A stretch of 64,000 bases of DNA from Rebecca billardiae RCC1528 (GCA_965240325.2 OZ251229.1:1736001-1800000); one strand, 5' to 3'. Positions 38,324 to 50,640 are shown, counted from the first letter of the stretch. The notes: generated by a model not told the origin, from the sequence alone. Made by a program: numbers and translations.

Positions 38324-39845
38324 CCGCCCGTCGCGGCTGGCGTGCGCGCGGCAGTCGCGTCGATGGCCCAGGAGAGCTCGCGCTCAAAGGAAACAGCGAG
38401 TGTCTGCAGCTGCTCCTCGAAGGCTCGGCGCCACTGCATGCCGGTGACGAGTGCCGCGACGCGCGCGCCCACCGCCGCGCGCTCCACCTCCGCGCGCAGC
38501 TCCATCTTGCTCGCGTGCGCGTGCAGCGGGCGCTCCGGCGGCTTCCCAAACTCCGAGTGCACGGCCGCGAGCGTCGCCTCGGCGACCGCGAGCCGGAGCG
38601 AAGCGTCGCGCAGCTTGTGCTCCAGCTCGTGCGCGCGCGCGCGCGACGCGGCGAGCGCGGCCACGGAGTCCTCGTCGCGCGCCTGCACGCCGACCGAGCT
38701 GCTCGCGCGCACGGCGCGCGCGAGCGAGGGCGGCGGGGCACGCACGCGGGTGGCGCGGTCGGGCGCCGAGGGGGCGGCGGCGGCGGCGCGGGTGAGGCAG
38801 GAGCGTGCAGCAGCGCGGGGAGCGGTCTGTGCTGTCGGTGCGAGTGGGCGGCGGTGGTGGCTGCGCGCTCGGCGCACGCTCGGCGCACGCAGCGCCGCAC
38901 CTGGTGCCCGCCTCGCGATCATCCACGGCGCTCTGCCACGCCCGCGCCACCAGCACGCGCTCCTTGGACTTGCGCGCGGGCGAGCGGCCCTGCACGGCCG
39001 CTGCTGCAGTGGACGCGCGTCGCGGCTGCGGCGTCGGCTGCTGCGAGCCCGAGAGTGCGCGCTCGCGCACCGCGGGCGGCGAGGCGCCGAGGGACGGCCG
39101 GCCGCTGCCCGGCCTGCTCACGCGCTCGTCCTCGTCGCTGCTGCTCGCGCCCGAGTCCGTCCCGCCCGCAGTCCGGCCCGGCGGAGGCGCAAGCGTCGCC
39201 AGCGTCTCATCCAGCATGGCCGCCCGCAGCTCGCGCGCGCGGACGCGCGCGGCGGACATAGCGATGAGGTCAGAGTCTAGGGTGAGTGGGATGCCTGTGT
39301 CGTCGCCCGCGGTGGCGGTGGCCGCCTCGGCGGCCTCGTCGAGCTGCACCATCGCCGAGAGGTGCCCGGCCAGCGCGTCGAGCAGCTCGTCGACCCGCGA
39401 CATCTGCGCGGCCTCGGCATCGGGCACCGGCCGCGCCGGCGCCGGCGCGCCGCCGTCGGCCGCGGCCTCGGCCGCGCCGACCTCGACGCCATACTGCGCG
39501 GCGGCGCCGGCGCGGGGCGGGCTGAGGGCCGGCGTTGCGCCGGGCTCCGCGCCCGAGCCCGCGCCCACGCCGCTGCTCGCCGCCACCTCCGCCGCCTCGG
39601 TGGGCGTCAGCCGCAGGTCCTGCGACGGCGACAGCCAGGCGTTCACCTCGGAGGTGCGCCGAGGCCGCATGCGGCGCGGCGGCTTGCGCGGCGGCGGCAG
39701 CGCGGCATAGGCTGCGCCGAGCGGCGGCGGCGCGAGGATACCTGCTGCTGCGGCGTACGCGAGCGCGTGCGCGTGCGCGGGCATCGGCGCGGCGAGCGGC
39801 GGCAGCACCACTTCCTCCGGCGCGCTCTCGCCAACGCCATCGCCA

Positions 39846-39879
<34 letters not shown>

Positions 39880-42232
39880 GCGCTCGGCGCGCTGGCGACG
39901 GCGCGGCCGCATCGGCGTCGGCGTCGTCGTGGCCGCGCGCGCGCGCGGCGAGCGCGCCGCGCAGCCTGCGCTCGCGCTCGTGCCGCACCGCCGCGTTCGC
40001 GCGCTGCGCCTGTAGCATGTCCTGCAGCGCGTCCACCGCCTCCGTCAGGTGTCCGAGCGACTGGCGCATCGCGGCGCGCCGCGTGCGCGCCTCGCGCTGC
40101 CGCGCGCGCTCGGCCACTGAGATCGCTTCGCGCGCGCGCGCGGAATGGTCGGCCTCGCGCCTCGCGCGCTCGGCCGCCGCGTTGGCCTGCGCGGCGCGCG
40201 CCTCCAGGTCGCGCAGCCGCTCGTCCAGCGCCATCCGCAGCTGCCCGTCCTCGCCGTCGTCCGGCACAACCACCGCCACCGGCGGCGCGCTCGGCGCGTC
40301 AAATGTGACCAGCTCCGTGCCGCCGTCCGCGGCGGCACTGGACGGCCGGCGCGTGGCGGCGGGCCAAATGGGGCCGCGCGGCGCGTTGGCCAGCGCGGCG
40401 GCGGCCTCCTGCCTCTCGAGCTCCTGCGACGCCTCGATCTCGCGCACCCGCTGCCGCTCCTGCGCCGCCTCCGCCTCCGCCTCCGTCGCCCTCGCCATCG
40501 CCTCCTCCAGCGATCGCTCGAGCTCGGCCGCGCGGCTGGTCGATGTGTCAAGCTGAATCTGTAGCGTGATCGTGTGGGTCTCGAGCGCCTTGGTGCGCGA
40601 CTGCGACATGGAGAGCTCGCCCTCGATGCCGGCGCGCGAGCGCCGCGCCGACGAGCGGAACGAGCCCGGCTCCTCGAGAGACCGCATCTCGCGCACCTCC
40701 GCCTGCAGAGCTTCGAGCTCGGCGCGCGCGTCGGCCAGGGCCGCGTCCGCGCCGTCGGCGCGTTCGCGCTGCGCGGCCGTCTCGGCGCGCGCGCTGTCGT
40801 ACCGCTCGTCCGCGGCGAGCTGCGCGCGCGCGAGCTGGCCGCGCATCGCGGAGAGCTCGCCGCGCGCGCCCGCCGCCTCCTTCTCCGCCGCGGCCACCAG
40901 GTGCCGCCCGCTCGCCACCGCGGCGCTCGCCTCGTCGCGCTCGGCGCGGATCTCGCGCGCGCGCGTGAGCAGGTCATCGTAGACTAACCCTTCGAACTCG
41001 TCGTCCGTCGCGAGGGTGCCGGTGAGGAAGCGCTCGAGGCGCGCGCGCGCCTGGCGCAGCGCCTCGTGCGTCTCGCGCGCGTCGTCGATCGCGGTGCGCA
41101 GCTGCGCCTCGCGCGTGCTCAGCGTCGCCTTGGCCGAGGTCAGCTGGTGGCGCGCCGACTCCGCCTCCGCCTCGGCCGCGGCCGCGCGTTGCTCCGCACC
41201 CTCGCGCGCGGCCTTGGCGAGTGCGCCCTCGGTGAGCGCGAGGTCGCGCGCGCGGAGCGCGTCGGCGGCGTTCACGTTCGAGCGCTGCATCTCGCCCATC
41301 GCCGCCTCCGCGCGCGCGTGCTCCTCCGCCGCGCTCACTGAGAGCTCCTTCATCTGGATCGAGAAGAGATCGGCGGCCGCCTCCGCCTCCGACCGCTTCT
41401 GCCGCATCGACTCGAGCGCCTCCTCGACGGCCTGGCGCTCGTCCATCTCCTCCGCGAGCGCGGCCTCGACCTCGAGCGTCGCGCCCTCCGCCTCCAGCCG
41501 CAGCCGCCCCTCCTCCGCCGCGTGCGCCTCCGCCGACGCGCGCGCGTCCGCCTCCGCCTTGAGCTCCGCGCGCAGCGGCACGAGCTCGGCCTGCGATGCC
41601 TTGAGCCGCACGCGCGCGTCGCTGAGCTGCTCCTCGAGGCGCTCGACCTTGACCTCGACCTCGCCCGCGACGCGCTCCGCCGTCGCGCGCCGCGCGCGCT
41701 CCTTCGCCAGCGCGCGCTCCAGCGCCTCCACCTTCTCCCGCTGCGGTCGCAACTCGTCGCGCAGCGACTCGCGCTGCGCACGCAGCCGCTCGATTCCGCG
41801 CTGCAGCTTCCGCAGCTGGTCGGCGCGCCTGGCGAGCTCGGGCTCGGCGGTGTGCGCGAGGCCGAGCCAGCGCGTGGTCACCTTCTCGAGCAGCGCCGCG
41901 CGCTCGCTCGACACGCGCCGCTCCTGCCGGATCAGCTCCGACACGATCAGCCGGTGCACGCCAATCTCGCGCTCGCGCCTTCGCTCCGAGATCGTCGCGT
42001 CGTGCGCCGCCTTGAACGCCTGCCGCAAGAACTCGGCCTCCTCCTCGTACTGCGCGTCGTGCGCGGGGTCGGGCTCGGGCTCGGGCGCGCCCGCCGGCGC
42101 GCCCGCCGGCGCGCCCGCCGGCGCGCCCGCCGCGCCGCCGTCGTCCCCGTCGGCGGCCGCGGGCGCGTCGTCGGCAGCGACGCGTTGCTCGGCCCGTCTG
42201 TAGGCGGCGTTGACGGTGGCGGCCTCGGCGGC

Positions 42233-42276
<44 letters not shown>

Positions 42277-43147
42277 GCTCGGCGCGCAGCTTCTCCCGCG
42301 CCTCCTCCTCCGCCTCGCGCCCCGCCGCCTCCGCCTCCGCCTCCGCCGCCGCCTCCGCCTCCGCAATGAGCACGTCGAGCGCCGCCGCTAACTTCTGCAC
42401 CTGCTCGCGGCCGCGCGCGCCGTGCGACGGGAAGTGCGCGCTCTCCCAGCCGGGGGCGAGCGGCGCGGGGCCGGCGAAGCGCATGCCGTGCCGCGCCGTC
42501 TCGAGCTCCGCCTCCCGCCCGTTGTAGATCGGCGACGCGCGCACCTCGTGCAGCCGCGCCGGCACGCGCGTCGGCACGGGCCTCGGGTCGAACTCGCCTT
42601 TCGCGATCAGACCGGCCGGCTCGCCCTCGACGGGCGCGGTGTCGACGGCCTCGAGGATGGCGGCGGTCGAGGGCGCGGGCGCGGCGGAGCGGGGTCGCGC
42701 GCGCATCGAGCGCGACGGCGTCACCTCCGTCGGCGCCAGCGCGCCGCCGAGGCACGCGGCGAGGAACGGCTCGCGCGAGGCCTCTTGCCGCGCTGCCGCG
42801 GCCGAAGCCGCGCGCGAGACGGGCGTCGAGCGCGTGGGCGAGCGTCGGCGGGGGCCGGCCGTCGCGGGGCGCGGGGCTCGCGCGCCCTCGTGCGCGGCGT
42901 GCGAGGCTGGCGTCGCCGCCGAGCTCGCGGCCGCGCTCGCGCCGCCGCCGCCGCCGCCGCCGCCGCTTGTCGACGGCCGCCGCGCGCCCGCGTGCGCCGT
43001 CTGCGGGCGCGGCGGCCCAGCGGGCCGGGCTGAGGCGCTGGGGTCAGCCACACTTGCTGGCTCGCCCGCACCGCCGACGGCCGATCCTGAGACGACCGCC
43101 AGCGGCGGCGTGGCCGCCTTGCGCGTGACGAACGCGGTGGATGCCAT
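37564..43147 (-). CDS. Large coiled-coil protein with axonemal dynein light chain-like domain (AXDND1-like); probable intron 38699-38900
   Basis: Start MASTAFVTRK; FPS..GREQVQKL and LIVSELIRQERRVSSERAALLEKV followed by long E/A/R heptads. The splice ACC AG|C TCG joins the 37564 frame. Confidence 0.7.
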
Positions 43148-43333
43148 GCCGAGAGGCAGTGACGACCGCCACTGCACTGGCGGCAGGCCACACACCGTAA
43201 GCTGGCACTCGGCCAAACCTGAAACGTCGCAGACTCGCAGTCGTTTTTTCGCACGTCGGGCAATCTCCAAATCCGCAATCCACCGGCCGGAGAAAAGCCG
43301 CCCACCCGGAGAAATGGGCCCGATTCCATCACG

Positions 43334-45352
43334 ATGGCGGCCGACGACTTCGACAGCGCTCTGGGGTGGTGGGCACAGCTCCTCGACGCGCTGCCGGCGC
43401 TCATCGTCGTGTCCGACGAGGATGGCGAGCGCATCGCGCACGCGACGGCCCCCGCTCTCGCTCTCTCCGCGCACACCGCCGAGCAGGTCCGCGATCTGTA
43501 CGACCCGCGCGCGCTCGTGCTCGGCGGACCTCGCGAGACGCCCGTGCGCGCGTGGGCCGGCGAGGCGCGCGTGCAGCGCGGCAGCGGGCAGCCGGCGCTC
43601 CCCGTGCTGCTCGTCGTGCAGCCACTCGCGCCACCCGCTGGCGCGAGCGCGCGCGACGACGCGCTCTCGCTCTGGGCCATCGTGCAGCGCGCGCCCACCG
43701 CCTCGCCGGCGCGCGCCGAGCGCATCGCAGACATGCTCGAGCACTGGCGGCCGCTGCTCGCCGAGCTGGCCCAAGGCGTCGGCGTGCTCGACGCAGACAA
43801 CGCGTCCGACCTGAGCCGAGCCGCCCTTGCCCCAGCCCTCGACGCCGCGCTCGGCGGGCACACGTCTGCGGCTGCGGCCGCGTGGAGCGCGCACGTGCGC
43901 GCGCGCGCGCGCAGCGGCGCGCGCGCTGCCAGCCTGCGCCTGCCAGGCGTCGGCGTCGGCGCGGAGCGCGAGCTGGCCGTCTCGCTGCTGCCCCTCTGGG
44001 ACGAGCGCGGGCGCACCGAGCGGTGGTGCGCCCTCACGGTCGACGTCACCGAGCGCAGCCCGGTGCTTGCGCGCGCCTGGCGCCTTGCCGGCGCCGCGGG
44101 CGCGGGCGCTCGCGGCACGCAGTCGGCTGTCCTGGGGAGCGGCGCGCAGGGCACGGTGTGTGCGGCGCGCAGCCTCGCCGACGGCACGCTCGCCGCGGTG
44201 AAGAGCGTCGACGTCCGCACCACGCCCGCCGCCGAGCTCGAGCGCGTGCGGCGCGAGGCCGTGGCAGTCGCGCGCGTGCACGCCAGCGAGGCCGCGAACG
44301 CGGCATCCGCGGACGCACCAGGCGGGTCGAGCCCGCTTCAAAACGGCGGCGGTGGCGGCGGCGCCGGCGGGCTCGACGGCGGCGGCGCGGCGCACGTGCC
44401 GCCGCTGCTGGGCGCGTACGAGGGCTCGCGCGCGCTCCGCCTCGTCTTCGCGCTCGCGCCCGGCGAGCCGCTGCAGCGCGTGCTCGACCGATCGGAGCGC
44501 GAGGGTGTGCCCCTGCCGGTAGATGTGGGCGCGTCCCTGGCCGCGCAGATCTTCATCTCGGTCTCGAATCTGCATGCCGCGGGCGTGTACCACCGGGACG
44601 TGAAGCCGGCGAATATCGTGCTCGATCTGGGCGCGCGGCGGCTCGCGCTCGTCGACTTCAACTGCGCGTACATCGCGCAGGCGCCGCCGCCCTCGGGCGC
44701 GCCGCCGCCGCGCGCCAGCTCACCGGTCGGCACACCCTTGTATCTCCCGCCCGAGGTACAGAGTCAGGCGGCTGAGGGCGCCGAGCCGCCAGCACAGGGC
44801 TCGGCCGCCGCGCCAGGCGGCGGCGGCGCGCCAGGCGGCGGCGGCGCGGCGGAGTACGAGCCGGGCGCGCTCGACGTGTGGGCGTGCGGCGCGACGGTCC
44901 TGCAGCTGCTCCTCGCCGGCCGCGCCGCCCAGGCAGGCGGCGGCGCGGGACTCATCCGCCCAGCGGACTGCGCAGACGCGCGCGGCGCGCCGGCGGCCAT
45001 GCTGAGCGGGCTGGAGCGCTTGCGCCGGGTGGCGGCCGCCGCGGCCGAGGCGCGCGACGACGCGGCCGAGACGCTCACGCTTGCCGCCGACCTGCTGCAC
45101 CGAGCGCTCGCCCTCGAGCCCTCCGCGCGCCCCACGGCCGCGCAGCTGTGCGCGCATGCGTTCGTTGCCGGCGCGCTGCCACCGGGCGGGCCGCGTCCGT
45201 GGGCCAACGCCGCGGCGCCGACGCCGCGCGGCGTGCGCGGCGGCAGCGCGCCGAGCTCGGGCGCCGTGGAAAGCGCGAGAGGTGCTGCCGATGGCGTGCA
45301 CTGGCGCTTTGGTGACCTTGCGTGGGCCACTGTGCCTCGCGCTCACTGTTAG
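43334..45352 (+). CDS. Ser/Thr protein kinase with N-terminal PAS/PAC-like region
   Basis: LGSGAQGTV, AVK, HRDVKPAN, VDFN, GTPLYLPPE, DVWACG; upstream PLWDERGRTERWCALTVDVTE is PAC-like. Confidence 0.8.
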   Translation: MAADDFDSALGWWAQLLDALPALIVVSDEDGERIAHATAPALALSAHTAEQVRDLYDPRALVLGGPRETPVRAWAGEARVQRGSGQPALPVLLVVQPLAPPAGASARDDALSLWAIVQRAPTASPARAERIADMLEHWRPLLAELAQGVGVLDADNASDLSRAALAPALDAALGGHTSAAAAAWSAHVRARARSGARAASLRLPGVGVGAERELAVSLLPLWDERGRTERWCALTVDVTERSPVLARAWRLAGAAGAGARGTQSAVLGSGAQGTVCAARSLADGTLAAVKSVDVRTTPAAELERVRREAVAVARVHASEAANAASADAPGGSSPLQNGGGGGGAGGLDGGGAAHVPPLLGAYEGSRALRLVFALAPGEPLQRVLDRSEREGVPLPVDVGASLAAQIFISVSNLHAAGVYHRDVKPANIVLDLGARRLALVDFNCAYIAQAPPPSGAPPPRASSPVGTPLYLPPEVQSQAAEGAEPPAQGSAAAPGGGGAPGGGGAAEYEPGALDVWACGATVLQLLLAGRAAQAGGGAGLIRPADCADARGAPAAMLSGLERLRRVAAAAAEARDDAAETLTLAADLLHRALALEPSARPTAAQLCAHAFVAGALPPGGPRPWANAAAPTPRGVRGGSAPSSGAVESARGAADGVHWRFGDLAWATVPRAHC

Positions 45353-45644
45353 GCACGGCGACGCCGCTCGGCGGGCGCTCTGAGTCTGACTACTCTGAGT
45401 GACTCTGACTCACCTGCTCGGATGATCGGAGTCCGTGTATGAAAAAGGCCATATCACATATGGCTCTGGCTCCGGTCACTGACCCCTGCCAGTCCGGTCA
45501 TAGAAACCGGGCGTACCGAAAATGATCTTCGGCATTCCTGATGCGGCCGAATGAACGCCCGACTCAGTGTCCCACAGGGCCCCAAGTAGGGTTGCTATGG
45601 ATGGCCAATAAGTGCCCAGGGTGTGAAACTCAGTTTGTGACTAC

Positions 45645-45799
45645 TTCAGACTCTATTTTTCATAGCTATTTACCCAGTCCGGTGACACCCGCCGGTGACA
45701 CGTTTCCAATAGCTACGGGCGGTGCATCCGGATCGCTCCCGGACCGTGTTCTGACCAGAGTCTGAAATGGGTAAATACATCGTAAAAATAGAGTCTGAA
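45645..45799. repeat. Small imperfect inverted repeat (~32-bp arms), possible MITE relic
   Basis: TTCAGACTCTATTTTT..TATTTACCCA at 45645-45676 versus TGGGTAAATA..AAAAATAGAGTCTGAA at 45768-45799. Confidence 0.55.
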
Positions 45800-46121
45800 C
45801 TATAGCTAGGAAACTTATTGACGCAGTGCTTGTTGCCGTTGGCCCAATATCGCTCTGATTAGTCTGAAGTCATCATCATCTAGGCATCCATTGAGGTCCT
45901 CCGCCTGAGTCCTGTGCAGAATTTCACGACTACGAACTCGTACGTGACTTCTGATTACTTCATGAAGGAGCTCACAGTGCCCGTCTGCTCTGGCAGGGGT
46001 CTAACCGAAGCCAGAGCCTAGACTCAAGACTGGCGGCCGGACAATACATCAGCACATACATACTGCTGGAGTCATATCCTCATCAGCTCTGCTCGGCAGA
46101 GTCTCGGCCGGCAAGCGCTTA

Positions 46122-47054
46122 TTAGTAGGAGTATGGCGCCCAACCTATGTGCGTGCCTCTGTCGTCCCACGGAAGCGCGCCTGGGAACAGCGCCTTCGAG
46201 CAGTAGTCGAAGAGGGCGGCGAGCTCGGGGCAGGCCTTCGGGTAGCCCGGGCTCGAGTGGAACGGGTTGCGCGCGGCGCGCTTGCGCACGAGCGACGCGT
46301 CGAGGCAGCCGTACGGGTCGGCGCCGAAGTGCGACGCCGAGTTGAGCCGCTCGCCGTCGCGCACCGCCTGCGGCACGCCCCCCGCCGGGTCGATGCCGAC
46401 GAAGTGGAAGCGGCGCGTGGGGAAGCGGAGCGCGGCGCGGTGCATGTGCACGAAGCGCTCGCGCTTGAAGCCGAAGCTCACCACCGTCACGTGCTCCGGG
46501 TACCGCCCGGTCACCTCGCGGAAGCGGCAGAGCGAGAACAACACATTCTCAAAGGAATCTCGCGCGTGCTCCTCTGTGAGCGCGCGCTCGCGCACGCGTG
46601 GCACGCCGTCCCAGCGCATCGCGTCGGCGACCTCCCAGTAGCTCTGCGCCTCGCTGCGCGGGCCGGCCCCTTGCCGCGTCTCGCCGCCCGAGAAGAGCAG
46701 CAGCGCCTTCGAGTCGCGTGCCGTCAGGCGCACGCCGCGCCGGATGTGCTCGACAAACGTCGTCACCTGCCCGCGCTGGAAGGGCTCGAGCTCCCAAGAC
46801 TCGTCGCGCACGACGGACTCGGGAGTGAGGGCGGCGTGCGTCGTGAGCACGGCGTGCCCGGCGACGAGCACGAGGTGGTCGAGCTGCGACCATGGGTTGG
46901 GCTCGTCGACGCCGTCAAGCGCGACCGCATCGCGCTTGAAAGTTGATGAAGCGTGGAAGTGGGTGTGCAGCTGCAGGCCGAGGAAGACGATCGCGGCGAC
47001 GAAGAGCTGCAGTCGGCACGTGCGGAGCGACTGCCGCGAGTGGTGGTGATTCAT
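46122..47054 (-). CDS. DUF218-like (YOR238W-type) membrane-anchored protein
   Basis: N-terminal TM segment; HLVLVAGHAV, LLFSGGETR..AGPRSEAQSY, EEHARDSFENVLFSLCRF, FKRERF..HRAAL. Confidence 0.8.
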   Translation of the reverse strand: MNHHHSRQSLRTCRLQLFVAAIVFLGLQLHTHFHASSTFKRDAVALDGVDEPNPWSQLDHLVLVAGHAVLTTHAALTPESVVRDESWELEPFQRGQVTTFVEHIRRGVRLTARDSKALLLFSGGETRQGAGPRSEAQSYWEVADAMRWDGVPRVRERALTEEHARDSFENVLFSLCRFREVTGRYPEHVTVVSFGFKRERFVHMHRAALRFPTRRFHFVGIDPAGGVPQAVRDGERLNSASHFGADPYGCLDASLVRKRAARNPFHSSPGYPKACPELAALFDYCSKALFPGALPWDDRGTHIGWAPYSY

Positions 47055-47464
47055 CCTCGGCGAGGCGACACGCCCTTAGCGCACGACGCCGGTGCCCGCC
47101 ATGCTGCTCCGCCTCGTCACTTTTTCCATCAAAGAAAGATAGCGCAGCAGAGTGTGTTTTCTTGGCGGCCGGTGCGGGCAAGGGCAGTAGTGCGCGGGGG
47201 CCGCGCCGCCCGCCGCGCGCCCCCGTCAGCCGCCCAACCGCCGGCCGGCGCGGCGTCCGCAGCGGCTGCAGCTACTCACCCTGCCGCCCTGGTCGTTGAT
47301 TGGCCGCCGCAAGCAAGTCACGGCCGATATCGAATGGGCCGCGTCGCAGCCGCGAGTATTACAAACGACGAAGCACTGCGCCATCGTCCCCGACCAGCGG
47401 CTGGGATTGCTGGCTGCCTGTGCCAGCGGCGCGCGGCGCGCGCGGTCCGCGCTGTGCGCTCGCC

Positions 47465-49773
47465 ATGGGGAATGAAGGCTCGTCGCTGTCGAGCTCGGCC
47501 GAGGCGGACACGCGCGTGCAGCCGCCCACCCAGGTGGCGGTCACGATCAAGTGGCCGCACGGGGCGCGCAGCGCGAGCGTGTGCGGCACGTTTAATGACT
47601 GGAAGCAGACGGCGATGACGCCGTCGACGGCTGAGCCGGGCACGTGGGTCAAGGTGCTCGAGCTCAAGGCGGGGGTGCACCAGTACAAGTTCATCATCGA
47701 TGGGCAGTGGAAGCACGACCCGGCCGCGCCCACCGTCCTCGACGCGCTCGGCAACATCAACAACTTTGTGACTGTCAAAGCGCAGGCGGCGCACCCAAAG
47801 GCGGCGGTGCAGCAGGAGGCGAAGGTGGCGGTGCCCGCGGCGAAGCACGCGCGGAAGGGCGCGGCGGACGCGCACGCCGCCGCCTCGCACTCGCACTCCT
47901 CCTCCACCGAGGCCCTCCGCCGCTCGCGCCAGTGCTCCGACCCGTACATGCACTTTGACGACAAGGTGCAGAAGTACTCGCAGATCTGCCCGCCGAAGGA
48001 GGACCTGCTCGTGCAGCACGCGGCGTCGATGATGCTCCCGCCGCACCTGCTGCTCAACCTGCCCCACCTCGCGGGCGACGGCTCGAAGCCGCCCGTCCAC
48101 GTGCAGCTCAACCACATGTTTGTGCACGCCGAGCAACCGTCGGTCGACGTGGCGAGGCAGCCGAGCGCAGACGAAGACGTGGGCGCGATCGTCTTCTCGA
48201 CGTGCGTGCGCTTCAAGGACGCGGTTCGCGCGCGCGCGCGCGCGCGCGCACGCGCCGTGCATGCGTGCGCCGCCGCCGCCGCCGCGCCGCCCTCCCAGCT
48301 CACCTCGCGCCGCTGCCGCCGCGCGCGCGCCTTTTCGCGCGCGCGCCTTTTCGCGCGCGCGCCGCTCACTGCCTGCCCGTGCCTCCCGCCCGGCTCGGCC
48401 GCGCGCGGCGCGACTGCGGCTCGCGCGCTCGCTCGCGCGCTCGCTCGGCCTGTGCTTGGCGCAGTTCGTGACGAGCGTGCTGTACAAGCCGCGCTTCTCC
48501 CCCGTCGTGCGCGCGCGCAACGCGCTCGGCGGCCTGACCACCGGCTCAGGCGCGTTCCTGCCAGAGTCGAAGCGCGACGGCTCGTTTCCGAGAGAGATCC
48601 GGTTCCTCTCGGTGCGGATCGCCGAGACGCAGACGAAGCACGACGAGAAGCTGGGGCGGGACTACGTGGCGTACGAGGTGGAGACGACGCTCTGCGTGCG
48701 CGGCGCGCAGATGACCCTGCGCTCCACCCGGCGGTACACCCACTTCCGTCTGTTGGACCAGATGCTGAGACGAGAGTTTGGCGCCAAGGGCACGTACACC
48801 GCCTCGCGGCTGCTCCCGCCGAAGCGCACGTTCGGCAACTTCGACGCGGCGTTCGTGCAGGAGAGACGCGCGGCGCTGCAGGAGTACCTCGAGGCGTGCA
48901 TCGAGTCGCAGCCCATCGCCAACTCGCCTGCGTTCTGCCACTTCATCGACTCGTCCGCGCCCACCGAGGAGCCTTCGATCACGCGCTCAGACTCGAACGT
49001 GCTTCTCGAGAGAATCTCCGCCAAGCAGGTGCGTGTGTGCGCTGTGCGCGCGTGTGCGCGCGTGTGCGCGCGTGTGCGCGCGCGCCGCGCGGAGCGGCGG
49101 GGCGCGGCGCGGCGCGAGCGCGGCTCGGGCGCGGCGGGGGCGCCGGCGCGGCGCGAGTGTGCGCCGTCTCTCTGTCCGCCCACTTGCTGTGGCGGCGCGC
49201 GTTGCCGAGCCGAGCTGAGCCGAGCGCCCCTCCGCACGCACGCGCCGCCTACCCCCCGCCCCGCGCACGCACACGCCCCCCGCGCGCGCACTCCGCAGGG
49301 CTACCTCCTCAAGCAGTCCTCGCGCAAGGTGAGTTGGAAGTCGCGCTTCTTCTGCCTGTACGACACCGAGCTGCTGTACTACTACTCAGAGGCGGTGTCC
49401 AACCCGTTCCAGCCGCTCAACATCGTGCACGTGTCCGGGGCGAGCGTGTGCCGCGTGGCGCTGGTGAGGCCGCGCGCCGCCCGCCCGCCCGCCCGCCCGC
49501 GGCGGCGTGCCGCGCGCTCACCGCCCCGCGCCCCACGCGCGCCGCCGCGCCGTCCGCGCCGCGCCGCAGCCGTCGATGGCGCGTCACTTTCTCTTCACCG
49601 TGCGGACGAAGCAGCACGAGTGGTGGATCGCGGCCGACTCGGAACGGACGCGCGAGGAGTGGCTGCTCGCGCTGTGCAACGCGGGCGCGACGCTCACGAC
49701 GCAGACGCCCGAGCTGAGCGACGGCGGCAGCGTGGTCGGGGGCTCCTATGCCGACTTCGACTTGGCGAATCTG

Positions 49774-49814
<41 letters not shown>

Positions 49815-50640
49815 GGCTGCTGCGGGGGGCACGATGCCCGGTGAGCCCTCCTCGTCCTCGCTGTCCGCTGGCAACGGGAGCGTGCGCGGCTCGAGCGAGA
49901 GCTCGGCGATGCTCCACGCCAGCTCCTCGAGCGGCGTGGACGGCGGCAGCTTCAGCGGCGCGGGCGGCCTGCGCGGCCTCCTGTGGAAGCGCCCGTCCAA
50001 GGTGCACATTCTGCACGACCTCGAGAACGAGCCGTCTTGGGTGGCGAGGCACTTCCAGCTGATCCCCACGGAGCGGCTTCTCGTGTACGTGCAGGACGCG
50101 GCAGACCCGATCGACGACCCGCAGGTGCGTAGGAGCGCAGGCGGCGCGTCCGCCCGTCCTACAGGAGGCGGCCGGCAGCAGCCGCGACGCGCGCGCGCGC
50201 GCGTGCACCGGCTGGGCTGCGCGCGGGTTGTGTGCGCGCGAGGTTGCGTGCGCGCGCGCGTCACGCTGACGCGCCGAGCGCCCGCCCGCACCGCGCGCAC
50301 CCGTTTGCGCCGCGCGCCGCTGCCGCCGCCGCTGCCGCCGCAGGGCATCCTGCCGCTGTCCAACTTCGGCTCTGTGGAGGAGATGCACCTGCCGCACACC
50401 AACCGCTACGCGTTCAAGCTGTGCCCACCCGGCGCAGCGAGGGAGAAGGAGCCCCCGCCCACAGCGCCCGACGACAGCCCGCGCGTTTCGCGCGCGACGT
50501 CGCACGACGGCGCGGGGGATCCGCAGGTGGCGTGCGAGGCGTTCATCATGCTCGCAGACACGCCTGAGAAGCGGAGAGACTGGATGCGACAGATCAGCAT
50601 GCTGCTGCCGCGACCCTCGGGATCAAACTCGGCGAGCTGA
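47465..50640 (+). CDS. AMPK/SNF1 beta-subunit-like protein fused to PX and two PH domains; introns 48224-48464, 49029-49298, 49464-49569, 50125-50343
   Basis: MGNEGS myristoylation-type start; CBM48 (CGTFNDW, HQYKFIIDGQW, GNINN); ASC region (LPPHL, HVQLNHM, RFKDA|FVTSVLYKP); PX (RRYTHF, LPPKR, ERRAALQEYL); PH1 (GYLLK..WKSRFF..REEWL); PH2 (GLLWKR..W.ARHF..RDWM). Confidence 0.85.

Noticed and set aside
43148-44593. N-terminal extension of the 2069-aa minus ORF
   Set aside because: Overlaps the + strand kinase in antisense; the real start is probably 43147.
13354-50343. GC-rich introns as introner elements
   Set aside because: They share GTGCG-like donors and CG-rich composition but differ in length (106-270 bp) and are not near-identical copies.
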